Below, piece after piece: positions 44,612 through 53,984 of a DNA stretch of 64,000 bases (the stretch's first letter is position 1; every line of letters starts with the position of its first letter). Source of the stretch: a virus (Duplodnaviria > Heunggongvirae > Uroviricota > Caudoviricetes); the IMG/VR virus record IMGVR_UViG_3300037280_000066, positions 118,061 to 182,060 of that record; one strand, given 5' to 3'. Below the pieces are notes generated by a model. It was not told where the DNA came from. It searched no databases and saw nothing but the letters and a program-made list of their open reading frames with translations. A program made the translations under genes and the position numbers.

Positions 44612-45763
44612 ATGTTTAAGAAGACACAGCTTTCAATGAATTATTTAGGTTTGGTTAAGAAGGTAGTATCAGGAGCAGTAAGGTTTGATTTGGAAATACA
44701 AAGAAGAGCAGTATGGACAGAGAAACAGAAGCAAGACCTGATTGACTCATTAATTTTTGATTTCCCTGTTCCTCCATTGTACTTTGTAGATTTGAAAGAT
44801 GATTTCAAATGGGCATTAGATGGACAGCAAAGGTCAAGAGCTATGACAGAATTCTTCCAAGGCAAGTTTGTTTTGAGTGATGAACTTGACAACTATGTTG
44901 ATGATGATGGAGCAGAATACATGGTGGCAGGATTGAGCTATGCAGAACTTCCACAAACTGTACAAACTAAGTTGAATAGTACAAACGTTAACACATACAC
45001 ATTCTCTGATATATCAGAAGACGAAATAACCATTATGTTCCAAAGATTGAATGCAGGAACAGCCTTTAAGAAGATTGAGCTTATCAGAATTGACATGCCT
45101 ACAGCGTTTACAGCATTCATTAATGAAGTATCAAGAGATTCCTTCTTTGCTGATAAGGTGGCTATAAGTGACAAAGCAAGGGTACATTTTTCAGACCAAG
45201 AACTTATCCTTCAAACACTTATTATGTTCTCTAATGCTGATTCAGGCTTTACAGGTAAAGAGATTCAAGATTTTGTATCATATTACACATTGGAAGATGA
45301 TGTAAAGGACAGATTCAGAGAAGTTTTAACTTACCTTAACAAAGCATTTGTATTGAGTGAGAAGCTACTTAAAAAGACTGCTGTGCCTGTAATATTCAAG
45401 GTAGCAGAAATAGCAATAATTGAAAAAGTACAGCCAGAAGAGTTCTATACATGGACAGTTGACTTCTTCAAAGCTCAAAAAACTGGTGGCGAATATGGAA
45501 GAACAGTAAGTGCAGGAAGTGCAAGAAAAGAAAATGTAAAGAGAAGACTTGAAGTTTTACGCAATGCATTTACAAAGGAAGTTCCTGAACTCAAAAAGAT
45601 TCAAGTAATTAGAGAAAAGGCAGAAGCAAAAGCAAGAGCAGAAGCCATCAAGAACCCTCCTGTAGTAGCACCTGTAGTATCTGACATAATAACAGACCTT
45701 GCAGACGATAAGGACGTAATATTGCCAGTAGTAGCAGGACAAACTCAACAGGCACAGGTGTAA
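44612..45763 (+). CDS. DUF262/ParB-like nuclease-domain protein
   Basis: Start ATG 44612 (MFKKTQ), 10 nt after AAGGAG; LEIQRRAVWTEKQKQDLIDSLIFDFPVPPLYF...LDGQQRSRAM matches the DUF262 (GmrSD N-terminal/ParB-like) signature. Confidence 0.6.
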   Translation: MFKKTQLSMNYLGLVKKVVSGAVRFDLEIQRRAVWTEKQKQDLIDSLIFDFPVPPLYFVDLKDDFKWALDGQQRSRAMTEFFQGKFVLSDELDNYVDDDGAEYMVAGLSYAELPQTVQTKLNSTNVNTYTFSDISEDEITIMFQRLNAGTAFKKIELIRIDMPTAFTAFINEVSRDSFFADKVAISDKARVHFSDQELILQTLIMFSNADSGFTGKEIQDFVSYYTLEDDVKDRFREVLTYLNKAFVLSEKLLKKTAVPVIFKVAEIAIIEKVQPEEFYTWTVDFFKAQKTGGEYGRTVSAGSARKENVKRRLEVLRNAFTKEVPELKKIQVIREKAEAKARAEAIKNPPVVAPVVSDIITDLADDKDVILPVVAGQTQQAQV

Positions 45764-45764
45764 T

Positions 45765-46004
45765 ATGCCAAAACCAAAAGTATTTCAAATAAACTTTGAT
45801 TCCACAAGTACTTATGGCATTGATGTAGTTGTTTGTGAGAAACAAGAACAAATACAAAGTGTTATGGAGTCTAGAGGTTATACAAAGGTAGTAGTTGAAG
45901 AGGTTAAAGAGTTATCCTTGCAACAAATCAAGGTAGAACATTTAACAGTAGGTGACTTACTTAAGCTTATACAAGCAATGAACAGGCATGAGATAACACC
46001 ATAG
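45765..46004 (+). CDS. hypothetical early protein
   Basis: 79 aa; begins 1 nt after the upstream stop. Confidence 0.5.
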   Translation: MPKPKVFQINFDSTSTYGIDVVVCEKQEQIQSVMESRGYTKVVVEEVKELSLQQIKVEHLTVGDLLKLIQAMNRHEITP

Positions 46005-46029
46005 TAATATAAAATATATGAAACTAAGA

Positions 46030-46066
46030 AAAACAGAGGGTAAATTGCCTTCTGTTTTTTTATTTT
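46030..46066 (+). terminator. Rho-independent terminator (loop GGGTAAATTGCC)
   Basis: ACAGAGGGTAAATTGCCTTCTGT followed by TTTTTTTATTTTC. Confidence 0.55.
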
Positions 46067-46086
46067 CAAAAAGTGAATAAATGATA

Positions 46087-46116
46087 TTGACAATACATAT
46101 ACTATCATGGTAAGAT
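46087..46116 (+). promoter_or_regulatory. early promoter (TTGACA-18-TGGTAAGAT)
   Basis: GATATTGACAATACATATACTATCATGGTAAGAT. Confidence 0.6.
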
Positions 46117-46163
46117 ATAAGAGTGGAAAGCACACAATAATGAATAACGTGGAGGTCACGCAT

Positions 46164-47393
46164 ATGATGAATCAAGAATTGAGCAAATTGCCAGAGGTTA
46201 GTGAAGTAGTAGAGGTAGTAGCACCAAGAGTTAACTTTACAATTTATAGTGAGAACCTAGAGAAGTTTGAAAGTAAAATGAAAATGCTTACAAAGAAGTC
46301 AGTAAAGATAGGCAATGGCAACATAGGTTACAAGGTTACTGATGAAGAGTTTGTTAAGATAGATGATATATGGCACAAAATGATTCACATAGAAATTACT
46401 GGTTCAGAAGTACCTAGAATCAATGGTTGGGAGTTTGTAGCAACAATAGACCACATGAGTCTTGATAATGGAAACATCATAAACAAGATTCCAACATTTG
46501 AAGGTGAGATACCTGAAAGATTCAGAACAACAGGTCAGTATTGCGAACATTGCAACAGCTACAGAAGAAGGAATGATACTTATATCCTCTTCAATGAAAG
46601 CACAGGAGAGTTTAAGCAGATAGGGAAAAATTGTTTGAAGGATTTCTTAGGACATAACAGCCCTGAACACTACGCTAGATACGCTGAATACTTAATGGAG
46701 ATGAAAGAACAGGAAGAAGAGTTATGCAGGGGATTGAGTAATATACCAAAGTACACATTGTTGATAGATTGGGTAGCACAAAGTCAGTCAGTAATTCGCA
46801 CTATGGGTTATGTATCAAGAAGCAATGCAGAAGAATTTGGCAAGAGAGCAACAACTGATGAAGTGTACGAACAGATGTTTGAACAAGAGGGCATGAAAGA
46901 AAAGGATATAATAGCTGTAACACAGGAAGACAAAGACCTTGCAGTTAAAGTAATAGAGTACATCAAAGGTATAGAAACAAAAACAGATTATGAGGAAAAT
47001 TTGAAACTTATTTCTATAAGTGAATGTATAGCATTGAGGGTAAAGGGGTATGCTACTAGCATGATACCTTACTACATGAAAGCAATGGAGCTTTTGAAAG
47101 TAAAAGAAGTAGAGATACCATCGAAGCATATAGGTACAGTAGGACAAAAGATAGAAGTTGAATTAACAGTTGAAAAAGTTGTAGTATGGGAAAATGCATT
47201 TGGAGTTGTAAGGCTTCACCTGATGAAAGATAAGGAAGGGAATGTCTTTACATGGAAGACTTCATCAAAGTCTCTTATGGAGGGTTCAGAGGTCAAATTG
47301 AAGGGTACAATTCAGGAACATACAGAGTACTATGGTGCTAATAGGTCAAACTTGACATTACAAACACAATTGACTAGATGTAAAGTACTTTAA
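46164..47393 (+). CDS. hypothetical protein with internal CxxC zinc-finger-like motif
   Basis: Trimmed to ATG 46164 (MMNQELSKL) after GGAGGTCACGCAT; 409 aa; CEHCNSYRRRND. Confidence 0.6.
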   Translation: MMNQELSKLPEVSEVVEVVAPRVNFTIYSENLEKFESKMKMLTKKSVKIGNGNIGYKVTDEEFVKIDDIWHKMIHIEITGSEVPRINGWEFVATIDHMSLDNGNIINKIPTFEGEIPERFRTTGQYCEHCNSYRRRNDTYILFNESTGEFKQIGKNCLKDFLGHNSPEHYARYAEYLMEMKEQEEELCRGLSNIPKYTLLIDWVAQSQSVIRTMGYVSRSNAEEFGKRATTDEVYEQMFEQEGMKEKDIIAVTQEDKDLAVKVIEYIKGIETKTDYEENLKLISISECIALRVKGYATSMIPYYMKAMELLKVKEVEIPSKHIGTVGQKIEVELTVEKVVVWENAFGVVRLHLMKDKEGNVFTWKTSSKSLMEGSEVKLKGTIQEHTEYYGANRSNLTLQTQLTRCKVL

Positions 47394-47630
47394 TTCAAAT
47401 AGGTTGGCAGTGAGCCATAAACTGCCCTCTAAGGAGGTTTTATATTTGTATATCAAAGAGTAATTGGACAGCCTTACACACGCACTAGCAACGTAATAAA
47501 GACCAGTAAGGCATTGGAGGTAGGAAAGTTTACAACATATCATCAACATGGAATAAACAGGGCAAGGGTAGATAGGTGTGTATTCTGTCCTAAAGAGTTT
47601 AAAGTTTTTATAACAATTTCAAGATAGATG

Positions 47631-47660
47631 TTGACAGCATTATTCTTTTCATGATAGACT
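47631..47660 (+). promoter_or_regulatory. early promoter (TTGACA-18-TGATAGACT)
   Basis: GTTGACAGCATTATTCTTTTCATGATAGACT. Confidence 0.5.
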
Positions 47661-47690
47661 GTAATAGTAGAAAATATTTAGGAGGAAACC

Positions 47691-48023
47691 ATGTCACAAA
47701 CAGATAAAGTATTCAATGAACTATATAATGAAGGTATTAAGTCAGGTATTGATGGCAGGACAGCTTCTATTCATGCATTATGTAAGTTGTATAGCCTGAA
47801 AGCAGAAACACTTAAGAAAACAGTTGAGCTTGCTATGGAAAAGGCTAAGATATATGGTAGTAAGAAGAGTAAGGCAACAGTAGCATTTGTTATAACAAAT
47901 GACCAGACAGCGTATGATAAGAATATGGTTATGATTGATGAAAAGTATAATCTCTTAGCTTCTGAATGGTTTATATTAAAAAAGTTCAATGAAACAATTC
48001 AATATATCAGTTTTATAAAATAG
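47691..48023 (+). CDS. hypothetical early protein
   Basis: 110 aa; TAGGAGG RBS. Confidence 0.6.
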   Translation: MSQTDKVFNELYNEGIKSGIDGRTASIHALCKLYSLKAETLKKTVELAMEKAKIYGSKKSKATVAFVITNDQTAYDKNMVMIDEKYNLLASEWFILKKFNETIQYISFIK

Positions 48024-48045
48024 ATAAAAAACTTTTCAAATAGTA

Positions 48046-48075
48046 TTGACAGTATCATTATTTTCATGGTAAGAT
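48046..48075 (+). promoter_or_regulatory. early promoter (TTGACA-18-TGGTAAGAT)
   Basis: AATAGTATTGACAGTATCATTATTTTCATGGTAAGAT. Confidence 0.6.
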
Positions 48076-48129
48076 GTAAGAGTGCTAGAGACACTAACAC
48101 AAATCATACAAAACAGGAGCGTGTTTATT

Positions 48130-48690
48130 ATGTGGAATAGAAGAATAGCAGGTCTAAAGACTAGGTATATACCTACAGGAGCAGTTGAGAAGTTATATCC
48201 AGAAGTTAATGCAGTAGTATATCTTACTGGTGAAAAAGGTGCAATTGGCTATACTGGTAAAGCTAACACACACAGTTTTCATTATGGTTTTCAAACTCCT
48301 GCCAGAAGAGATGAATACATTGCAAATTGGATGGAAGGATTGAAGAAGAAACAGGTAACAAAGGCACAAAAGCAAGAAGAAAGAAAACTGCCACATACAC
48401 TTGTTGTTGGTGATATAATGGTGTACAGTTGGGGATATGACCAGACCAACATAGATTTCTATCAGGTTATCTCTGTGACACCAAAGACAGTAAAGGTACA
48501 AAAGATATATGGACAGGCAGTAGATGGCTCAGAAGGGTTTATGTGTTGCAATGTTGTACCTGTAAAGAGTAAGTTTATAAGTAAAGAGGTATTGACTAAG
48601 AAAGTTGATAAGAATGGTTATGCTTCAATGTCTTTTGGATGCATGAGCAAATGGGATGGCAGACCTAGATATCAAAGTTGGTACGCTTAA
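48130..48690 (+). CDS. hypothetical early protein
   Basis: Trimmed to ATG 48130 (MWNRRIAG) after CAGGAGCGTG. Confidence 0.55.
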   Translation: MWNRRIAGLKTRYIPTGAVEKLYPEVNAVVYLTGEKGAIGYTGKANTHSFHYGFQTPARRDEYIANWMEGLKKKQVTKAQKQEERKLPHTLVVGDIMVYSWGYDQTNIDFYQVISVTPKTVKVQKIYGQAVDGSEGFMCCNVVPVKSKFISKEVLTKKVDKNGYASMSFGCMSKWDGRPRYQSWYA

Positions 48691-48730
48691 TATACAGTAG
48701 GGCAAATAAGCAGGAAGGGAGGTATTCTTG

Positions 48731-48910
48731 ATGCAAATAGTACTTATGAAACTGATATCTAATTCTGATGGAGTACAATTCTATAATCAGTTAAACAGTA
48801 CAATCATAAATTTCCAGAATCAGGGAGCAATTTTAGAAATACAATATTCTTATACTGGACATTACTTTACAGCATTGGTTCTAGGAAGAAAACCAGAAGA
48901 AAAAGCCTAA
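48731..48910 (+). CDS. hypothetical early protein
   Basis: ATG 48731, 8 nt after GGGAGG. Confidence 0.4.
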   Translation: MQIVLMKLISNSDGVQFYNQLNSTIINFQNQGAILEIQYSYTGHYFTALVLGRKPEEKA

Positions 48911-49064
48911 CATATCTCAAAATAAATCAGAAAGGGGATAATACATATATCAACTAAAAATCAAGAATTAGCTAATGGACTTAAGAAAGCAGGGCTTCCA
49001 GTAAAGACAGAAGGAAATAGAATAATCATTAACCCACAGCCTAAAAAATAATTTGCAAATAGTA

Positions 49065-49094
49065 TTGACAGTATTAATGATTGTATGGTAAGAT
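49065..49094 (+). promoter_or_regulatory. early promoter (TTGACA-18-TGGTAAGAT)
   Basis: AATAGTATTGACAGTATTAATGATTGTATGGTAAGAT. Confidence 0.6.
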
Positions 49095-49100
49095 ATAAGA

Positions 49101-49153
49101 GTGGTCAGGGCAACGTAAATAAATCCTTCGTTGAAAGTGTTGTTCTCCTGACC
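49101..49153 (+). promoter_or_regulatory. conserved 5'-leader hairpin element, copy D
   Basis: GTGGTCAGGGCAA-CGTAAATAAATCCTTCGTTGAAAGTGTTGTT-CTCCTGACC. Confidence 0.6.
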
Positions 49154-49185
49154 TACATATTCTAAATAAAATAAAAAATAGGAGC

Positions 49186-49878
49186 GTGTATAGTATGTGT
49201 AAAGTTTATGATGTAGTTAAGTACAAGACAACAAGAGTAGGTTTAGTATCAACAGTATGGGCAATAGTTAAAGGTGAACAGAATGATACAGGAGCTGTAG
49301 CAATTGGCTACCTAGACATAGCACCTAGCAAGAGAGAAGTAAAGGCTATATTAGATGGTGGCGAACTTGTTTGTAAAGTTGGCACATGTACAGATGCAAA
49401 GTCAAGATTGATAGCTCAGTTTGAAAAGATGCAGAAAGAAACAAAAGAAATTTCCGAAAAAATGAAAAATGATATTGACAATACAATCAATAAGGACTAT
49501 AATAAAGAGGTAGCAAACAAACAAAATAAAAATGAAAAGGGGAACGAGACTATGAAAAAGACTTCAACAGCAGGTAAAGGTAAGACTTCAACAGCAGGTA
49601 ATGTTAAGATTGTTAGCAAGGTAGATGCATTCTCTAAGACAAGAGAAACAGAAGAACAGATGAAAGTTGTTATGCAACCAACGTATGCAGAAGTTGTCTC
49701 AGGCTCTGGCAGTAAATACATTGTAACAAGAGAGTCTTGCACATGTTCAGACCACTTTTTCAGAGGTCATGACAGAGAAGACAAGAATGGTAATTTTGTC
49801 CAAGGTACAGTTTGCAGACACAGAACAGCAGTAGCCGATGTAGTCAAGGCTATTAACAATAGTGCTAAATACTGGTAA
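49186..49878 (+). CDS. hypothetical protein with C-terminal CxC...CxH (SWIM-like) zinc finger
   Basis: 230 aa; TAGGAGCGTG RBS; CTCSDHFFRG...CRHRTAV. Confidence 0.6.
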   Translation: MYSMCKVYDVVKYKTTRVGLVSTVWAIVKGEQNDTGAVAIGYLDIAPSKREVKAILDGGELVCKVGTCTDAKSRLIAQFEKMQKETKEISEKMKNDIDNTINKDYNKEVANKQNKNEKGNETMKKTSTAGKGKTSTAGNVKIVSKVDAFSKTRETEEQMKVVMQPTYAEVVSGSGSKYIVTRESCTCSDHFFRGHDREDKNGNFVQGTVCRHRTAVADVVKAINNSAKYW

Positions 49879-49950
49879 GACTGTTTCAAAAATACAATAC
49901 AGCAGACCATAAAAAAATCAAGTGGTCTGCTGTGAGAGGGAGAATAAACC

Positions 49951-50199
49951 ATGACTAAACAAGAGTTTAAGAGGATATACACTACATCACAGGAACAGCA
50001 AGTCCTGTCACCAGAAGAGCAAGAACAGGCAATTGTGGCTCTAGGAGGAATTGCTTATGGTACAGATAGAAGACTTGCAACAACTAAACAATGTGCGTGG
50101 TGGGTTAGATATCATTGCTTATTCATTAATGGTTCATGGGATATGCAGGAGCTAGAGAACCACCAGATTTACTTTAGGAAAGTTGACTTGTTAGATTAA
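49951..50199 (+). CDS. hypothetical early protein
   Basis: 82 aa; GAGGGAG RBS. Confidence 0.5.
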   Translation: MTKQEFKRIYTTSQEQQVLSPEEQEQAIVALGGIAYGTDRRLATTKQCAWWVRYHCLFINGSWDMQELENHQIYFRKVDLLD

Positions 50200-50217
50200 A
50201 ATTTGATGGAGGTAATT

Positions 50218-50424
50218 ATGTATACAGCAACTAATTTTAAAACCAAGAAAGCTTTTAAAGAAGCAGTAGCAAAAGGGGAACAAGTAACGCTTTACTCCCC
50301 TTGTGGACTTGGAGAACCACCAGTAAATGGTAAATGTTGTGTAGAAGGCCCACACTACCCAAAACCTCACACATGGTATGCAGAGGTAGTTGTAGCGAAT
50401 GGTGTTGTCACTAAAGTAAGCTAG
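50218..50424 (+). CDS. hypothetical early protein
   Basis: Trimmed to ATG 50218 (MYTATNFK), 5 nt after GGAGG. Confidence 0.55.
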   Translation: MYTATNFKTKKAFKEAVAKGEQVTLYSPCGLGEPPVNGKCCVEGPHYPKPHTWYAEVVVANGVVTKVS

Positions 50425-50437
50425 GAGGTGTATTAAG

Positions 50438-50605
50438 GTGGAAGATGATAACAAAGTTGTGTTACCTTGCCCTGTATGTGGCAGGAAGTTTAGAGTAATA
50501 AACCCAAATGGTATGGTTAATGTTATAAACTTAGCAGTAATTGACTGTGATTGTGGTGTAATGCTTGAATATGTACAAGCAACAGGAACACTAGAAAAAG
50601 TATAG
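50438..50605 (+). CDS. 55-aa zinc-ribbon protein (CPVCG...CDCG)
   Basis: Not in track; GTG start 8 nt after AGGAGG. Confidence 0.4.
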   Translation: MEDDNKVVLPCPVCGRKFRVINPNGMVNVINLAVIDCDCGVMLEYVQATGTLEKV

Positions 50606-50616
50606 GAGGTCTGGTT

Positions 50617-50817
50617 ATGGATTTGTCAAAGCTTAGTTATTGGCAGTTATGGGTATTAGAGAAGCAAGTAGGGTTTGAGATGTGGAGAAGGGCATGGATG
50701 ATGTTACTGTTTATTATCGCAATACTTGTTGTTATAATTACAGTAATTGCTTTTAAGGAAGTATTAATCAAAGAAGTAAAAAGGAGGTTTAGAGCAAATG
50801 GAACTAACAAACGTTAA
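50617..50817 (+). CDS. small membrane protein (single TM, basic tail)
   Basis: 66 aa; TAGGAGG RBS. Confidence 0.55.
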   Translation: MDLSKLSYWQLWVLEKQVGFEMWRRAWMMLLFIIAILVVIITVIAFKEVLIKEVKRRFRANGTNKR

Positions 50818-51313
50818 TCTATATGCAGAAGGTCATTATTCACATAAAGTGAAAGAGGAAAATGTCTTCATTACTACTGAAAGCTTTTTAAAGATGGAAA
50901 ATAATATCAATGGAATAGTAGTCCACTTCCATGAATTAGATGGCAAGCATTCATGTACAGAGGGTGACGTAAGTGCCACATCATATACAGAAGAGGAATT
51001 GCTTGTAATGAATATTGAAGAAGACTTCAAATCTAATTGTGATAGGTTAGAAGAAGTGCTTGAAGAGATATTTGATGAACATGAGTTAGATTTCAAGGCA
51101 GAAAAAGAGAAGGTTAAGGAATATTTAGCCACCTTAGATAACATAGTTGAAGTAAGTGTAAAACTTAAGAAGTCACAGCTTACTGAAATTCAGACACTTA
51201 CAACAGACCTTGATACTTTACTTAAAGAATATGTTGCATTGAAGGAAAACGCTTCTAGGGACGAATGCCATGATTGTGAATATAAATATAGATTGACTAA
51301 TGGTGAAGGATAG
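50798..51313 (+). CDS. acidic hypothetical protein
   Basis: 171 aa; AAAGGAGG RBS. Confidence 0.6.
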   Translation: MELTNVNLYAEGHYSHKVKEENVFITTESFLKMENNINGIVVHFHELDGKHSCTEGDVSATSYTEEELLVMNIEEDFKSNCDRLEEVLEEIFDEHELDFKAEKEKVKEYLATLDNIVEVSVKLKKSQLTEIQTLTTDLDTLLKEYVALKENASRDECHDCEYKYRLTNGEG

Positions 51314-51435
51314 TATAATATGTAGGAGTAAGGGGAGGGTAACCTTCCCTGAAAGTACTTTGGTAATATGACTTGATGTTTCAATGCTTGAAATATCAAT
51401 TGATGTTATTAAAAAAATATTAGGAGGAAAAAGTA

Positions 51436-51729
51436 ATGCATAATTTAATTGTTTCAGTAATTTCAGTAGGAGTTTTGTTGGTTTTATTTGTGTGGGTTGG
51501 TAACATGGGAAAAAGAAAGGCTGAAATAGACCATAAAGAAAGAGAACAAGCCATAATATCAACATCACAGGCTATTCTAGATGAATTTGAGGACTTGTTA
51601 GAGGAACATAATATAACAATTCCTGATGAATTCAGGACAGGAGAAGAAAGCGAAGCAAGGCTATTTGGAGATGGTTATGTTACCCTTGAATGTAAGATTG
51701 TAGAACTACTAAAAAGATTAGATACATAG
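51436..51729 (+). CDS. small membrane-anchored protein
   Basis: 97 aa; TTAGGAGG RBS; N-terminal TM helix. Confidence 0.6.
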   Translation: MHNLIVSVISVGVLLVLFVWVGNMGKRKAEIDHKEREQAIISTSQAILDEFEDLLEEHNITIPDEFRTGEESEARLFGDGYVTLECKIVELLKRLDT

Positions 51730-51740
51730 GAGGTGTAGTT

Positions 51741-52055
51741 ATGCATACAGGTATGACAGAAACACAGATAGATGTGTTCAAGAGAGCAAACAGTAAAAAC
51801 CTTAATTTCATGACAGCACATTACAATGAAAGAGTAAGTGGTTTAAGAAGTTTTGAAAGGTTTGATGTTGTAGAGTTAATCTTGAAGTTTGAAAGAAAAG
51901 GCTATTTGTTAGGTGATTATCTAGTAATGGCTGATGTAAAGTCCTTGTATTATAGGTTTGATATACTTATCTTGCTTAATGAGATTAGTGAGACACAATG
52001 GGAAGTAAGAATGCCAGACTTAAGAGAGATTAGGCTAATTAAGAAGACCTATTGA
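51741..52055 (+). CDS. hypothetical early protein
   Basis: 104 aa; TAGGAGGTG RBS. Confidence 0.6.
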   Translation: MHTGMTETQIDVFKRANSKNLNFMTAHYNERVSGLRSFERFDVVELILKFERKGYLLGDYLVMADVKSLYYRFDILILLNEISETQWEVRMPDLREIRLIKKTY

Positions 52056-52107
52056 AGTCATAGATAAAATGGATTATATTAACAACAAACAATATTTGAA
52101 AAAAGTA

Positions 52108-52136
52108 TTGACAGTATAATCATTTTCCTATATAAT
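52108..52136 (+). promoter_or_regulatory. early promoter (TTGACA-17-TATAAT)
   Basis: AAAAGTATTGACAGTATAATCATTTTCCTATATAAT. Confidence 0.55.
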
Positions 52137-52192
52137 TATAAATGTGGGCAAGAGATAATGCCTAACACATTAAACCATGGAGGGTTATATTA

Positions 52193-52345
52193 TGTTGAAA
52201 ATTGGAAGTGTTATTAAGTTGAATGGCAAAAATGGAACTGTATTGACTGTAGGGACTGACGAAGTGTTAGTATTAAAAGAAGGTACAAAACAGCCAGAAT
52301 GGATGAAGCTAGACTACTTAAGGATATTCAACAAAGGGATTTAAC
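52193..52345 (+). CDS. 50-aa hypothetical protein
   Basis: Not in track; GGAGGG RBS; MLKIGSVIKLNGKNGTVLTVG... Confidence 0.4.
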
Positions 52346-52387
52346 ACAATATAACTATTCACATTAAATTATGAAAAGGAGAATGAT

Positions 52388-52855
52388 ATGTCTAAGAAAT
52401 TTCAAGTAGGTATGGTGTTGTTAATGGTAGTTTTGTTTATGAATTTACTTCTTGCACTTAACAGTACAGCTTGTACGGACGAGATTAAGGTAGTGTACAA
52501 TAACAAAGCAGTCCAGTTTAAAAATGGTTATCCTATTATCTATAAGGGCAGAATGTTCCTTGGATTGAGAGCAACAGGGGAGATGTTGGGACTAGATGTA
52601 TCATGGGACAAAGAGAATCAGATAGCATTTGTTCATAATGCAGACCGTACAACAGAAATTCGTATACAGATGAAGCAAGGACAATCATATGTAAATGATG
52701 AACTTGCATATTCACCAGAAGCAATGATGATAGATAATCGAATATTTGTTCCTGTCAGGTTCATTGCAGAAGTATTTAGTAAGAAGGTAGTATATGTGCC
52801 AGAGACAAGGATAGTACACATTAACGATACTGATATGAATCAGCAGTTGTGGTAG
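52388..52855 (+). CDS. secreted protein with copper-amine-oxidase-N-terminal-like (stalk) domain repeats
   Basis: 155 aa; signal peptide/lipobox-like MSKKFQVGMVLLMVVLFMNLLLALNSTAC; RMFLGLRATGEMLGLDVSWD and IFVPVRFIAEVFSKKVVYV motifs. Confidence 0.6.
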   Translation: MSKKFQVGMVLLMVVLFMNLLLALNSTACTDEIKVVYNNKAVQFKNGYPIIYKGRMFLGLRATGEMLGLDVSWDKENQIAFVHNADRTTEIRIQMKQGQSYVNDELAYSPEAMMIDNRIFVPVRFIAEVFSKKVVYVPETRIVHINDTDMNQQLW

Positions 52856-52866
52856 GAGGGAATGAG

Positions 52867-53076
52867 TTGACAATAAGTGATGGAGAAACAATCGTTTACC
52901 AGATAAAAGAAATAGAGGAATGGGCAAAAGGCTTTGCTGTAAGGTTAGAAGAAGAATTTACTACTGCAAATGGTTATGACAAGAGAATGTTTGACCAAGT
53001 GAGTGAGGTATTGAAAAATTACAAATGGGCTTTACAAGCAAAAATAGGTAATGCCAAGGATAAAACAGAGATATAG
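52867..53076 (+). CDS. hypothetical early protein (start uncertain, TTG)
   Basis: Track ORF; TTG 8 nt after GGAGGG. Confidence 0.35.
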   Translation: MTISDGETIVYQIKEIEEWAKGFAVRLEEEFTTANGYDKRMFDQVSEVLKNYKWALQAKIGNAKDKTEI

Positions 53077-53087
53077 GAGGTGTTGAG

Positions 53088-53180
53088 ATGCAGATAGAAG
53101 TTGGAGATAATGTTGCAGGATTAATTGCTTTAGCTCTTACATTTGCGTTTTTAATAGTAGTATATGTAAAAAGAAAATAG
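53088..53180 (+). CDS. 30-aa hydrophobic peptide
   Basis: Not in track; TAGGAGGTG RBS; MQIEVGDNVAGLIALALTFAFLIVVYVKRK. Confidence 0.35.
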   Translation: MQIEVGDNVAGLIALALTFAFLIVVYVKRK

Positions 53181-53191
53181 GAGGTGTTGAA

Positions 53192-53407
53192 ATGCAGTTA
53201 ACAGCTAAACAGATAAGAGAGTTAGTAACTATCATGGAAGGTGAAATAAGGTTTACAAAGCAAAACTTAGAAAATCCTACAAATCTTGATTATTTTAGCT
53301 CTGAGAGATACATAAAAGGAGCTAATAGAAAGATAGAAGCATTTCAAGCGTTTGTAGATGAAGCAAAACAAGAGACAGAGATGATTCAGGTAAAGATTAT
53401 AAGATAG
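53192..53407 (+). CDS. hypothetical early protein
   Basis: 71 aa; TAGGAGGTG RBS. Confidence 0.55.
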   Translation: MQLTAKQIRELVTIMEGEIRFTKQNLENPTNLDYFSSERYIKGANRKIEAFQAFVDEAKQETEMIQVKIIR

Positions 53408-53420
53408 AAAGGATGGTTTA

Positions 53421-53633
53421 ATGAATCCATTTGGAAGGGTAATAAAAGAAACTACAGTAAAAACCAATTTAGAATTCATTTTAAATAGGTTGACAAAATT
53501 TGAAGATGAACAGATACAAGCATTGAATCAAATGTTAAAAGATGGACATGTGATAACTGGTTTTCATCAATACAGTTCAGAACCTAACATACTCCATATA
53601 AATTTGCAGTATGATAAAAAGGAAGATAATTAA
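53421..53633 (+). CDS. hypothetical early protein
   Basis: 70 aa; AAAGGATGG RBS. Confidence 0.45.
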   Translation: MNPFGRVIKETTVKTNLEFILNRLTKFEDEQIQALNQMLKDGHVITGFHQYSSEPNILHINLQYDKKEDN

Positions 53634-53653
53634 AATTGAAAAACGTATAAGGT

Positions 53654-53706
53654 AGAAAACCAGAGTATGAGGGAGCTAATCTCTCTAAATCGACTCTGGT
53701 TTTCTT
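53654..53706 (+). terminator. Rho-independent terminator
   Basis: 10-bp stem AAACCAGAGT/ACTCTGGTTT followed by TCTTG. Confidence 0.6.
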
Positions 53707-53740
53707 GTAAAATATTGCTTTCATGGGATTAAAAATAATA

Positions 53741-53769
53741 TTGACAGTATTCAAATTCTGTGGTAACAT
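53741..53769 (+). promoter_or_regulatory. early promoter (TTGACA-17-TGGTAACAT)
   Basis: AATAATATTGACAGTATTCAAATTCTGTGGTAACAT. Confidence 0.55.
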
Positions 53770-53789
53770 ATAGGTATGGAGGTGATGGC

Positions 53790-53981
53790 ATGAGCCACAA
53801 CAAATATCAAACAGGAGAAGGTCAGCCTGAAAGATGGACTATCGACAGAGAGTTCTTAAGGAAATGTGTTAGAAGTAAATGCCCTCACATGTCTTGGGGA
53901 ACTTGCCTGAAACCTAAATGTGTCCTATTCCCTAAAGAAGAGAAATCTAAATGTCAAATAATAGAATTTAAAAGGAGGTAG
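53790..53981 (+). CDS. small Cys-containing basic protein
   Basis: Trimmed to ATG 53790 (MSHNKYQ), 8 nt after GGAGG. Confidence 0.5.
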   Translation: MSHNKYQTGEGQPERWTIDREFLRKCVRSKCPHMSWGTCLKPKCVLFPKEEKSKCQIIEFKRR

Positions 53982-53984
53982 CAA

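Noticed and set aside
49468-49500. Promoter-like AATGATATTGACAATACAATCAATAAGG inside CDS 49186-49878
   Set aside because: It encodes KNDIDNTINK in frame and is not followed by a leader element. Probably coincidental, although an internal promoter cannot be excluded.
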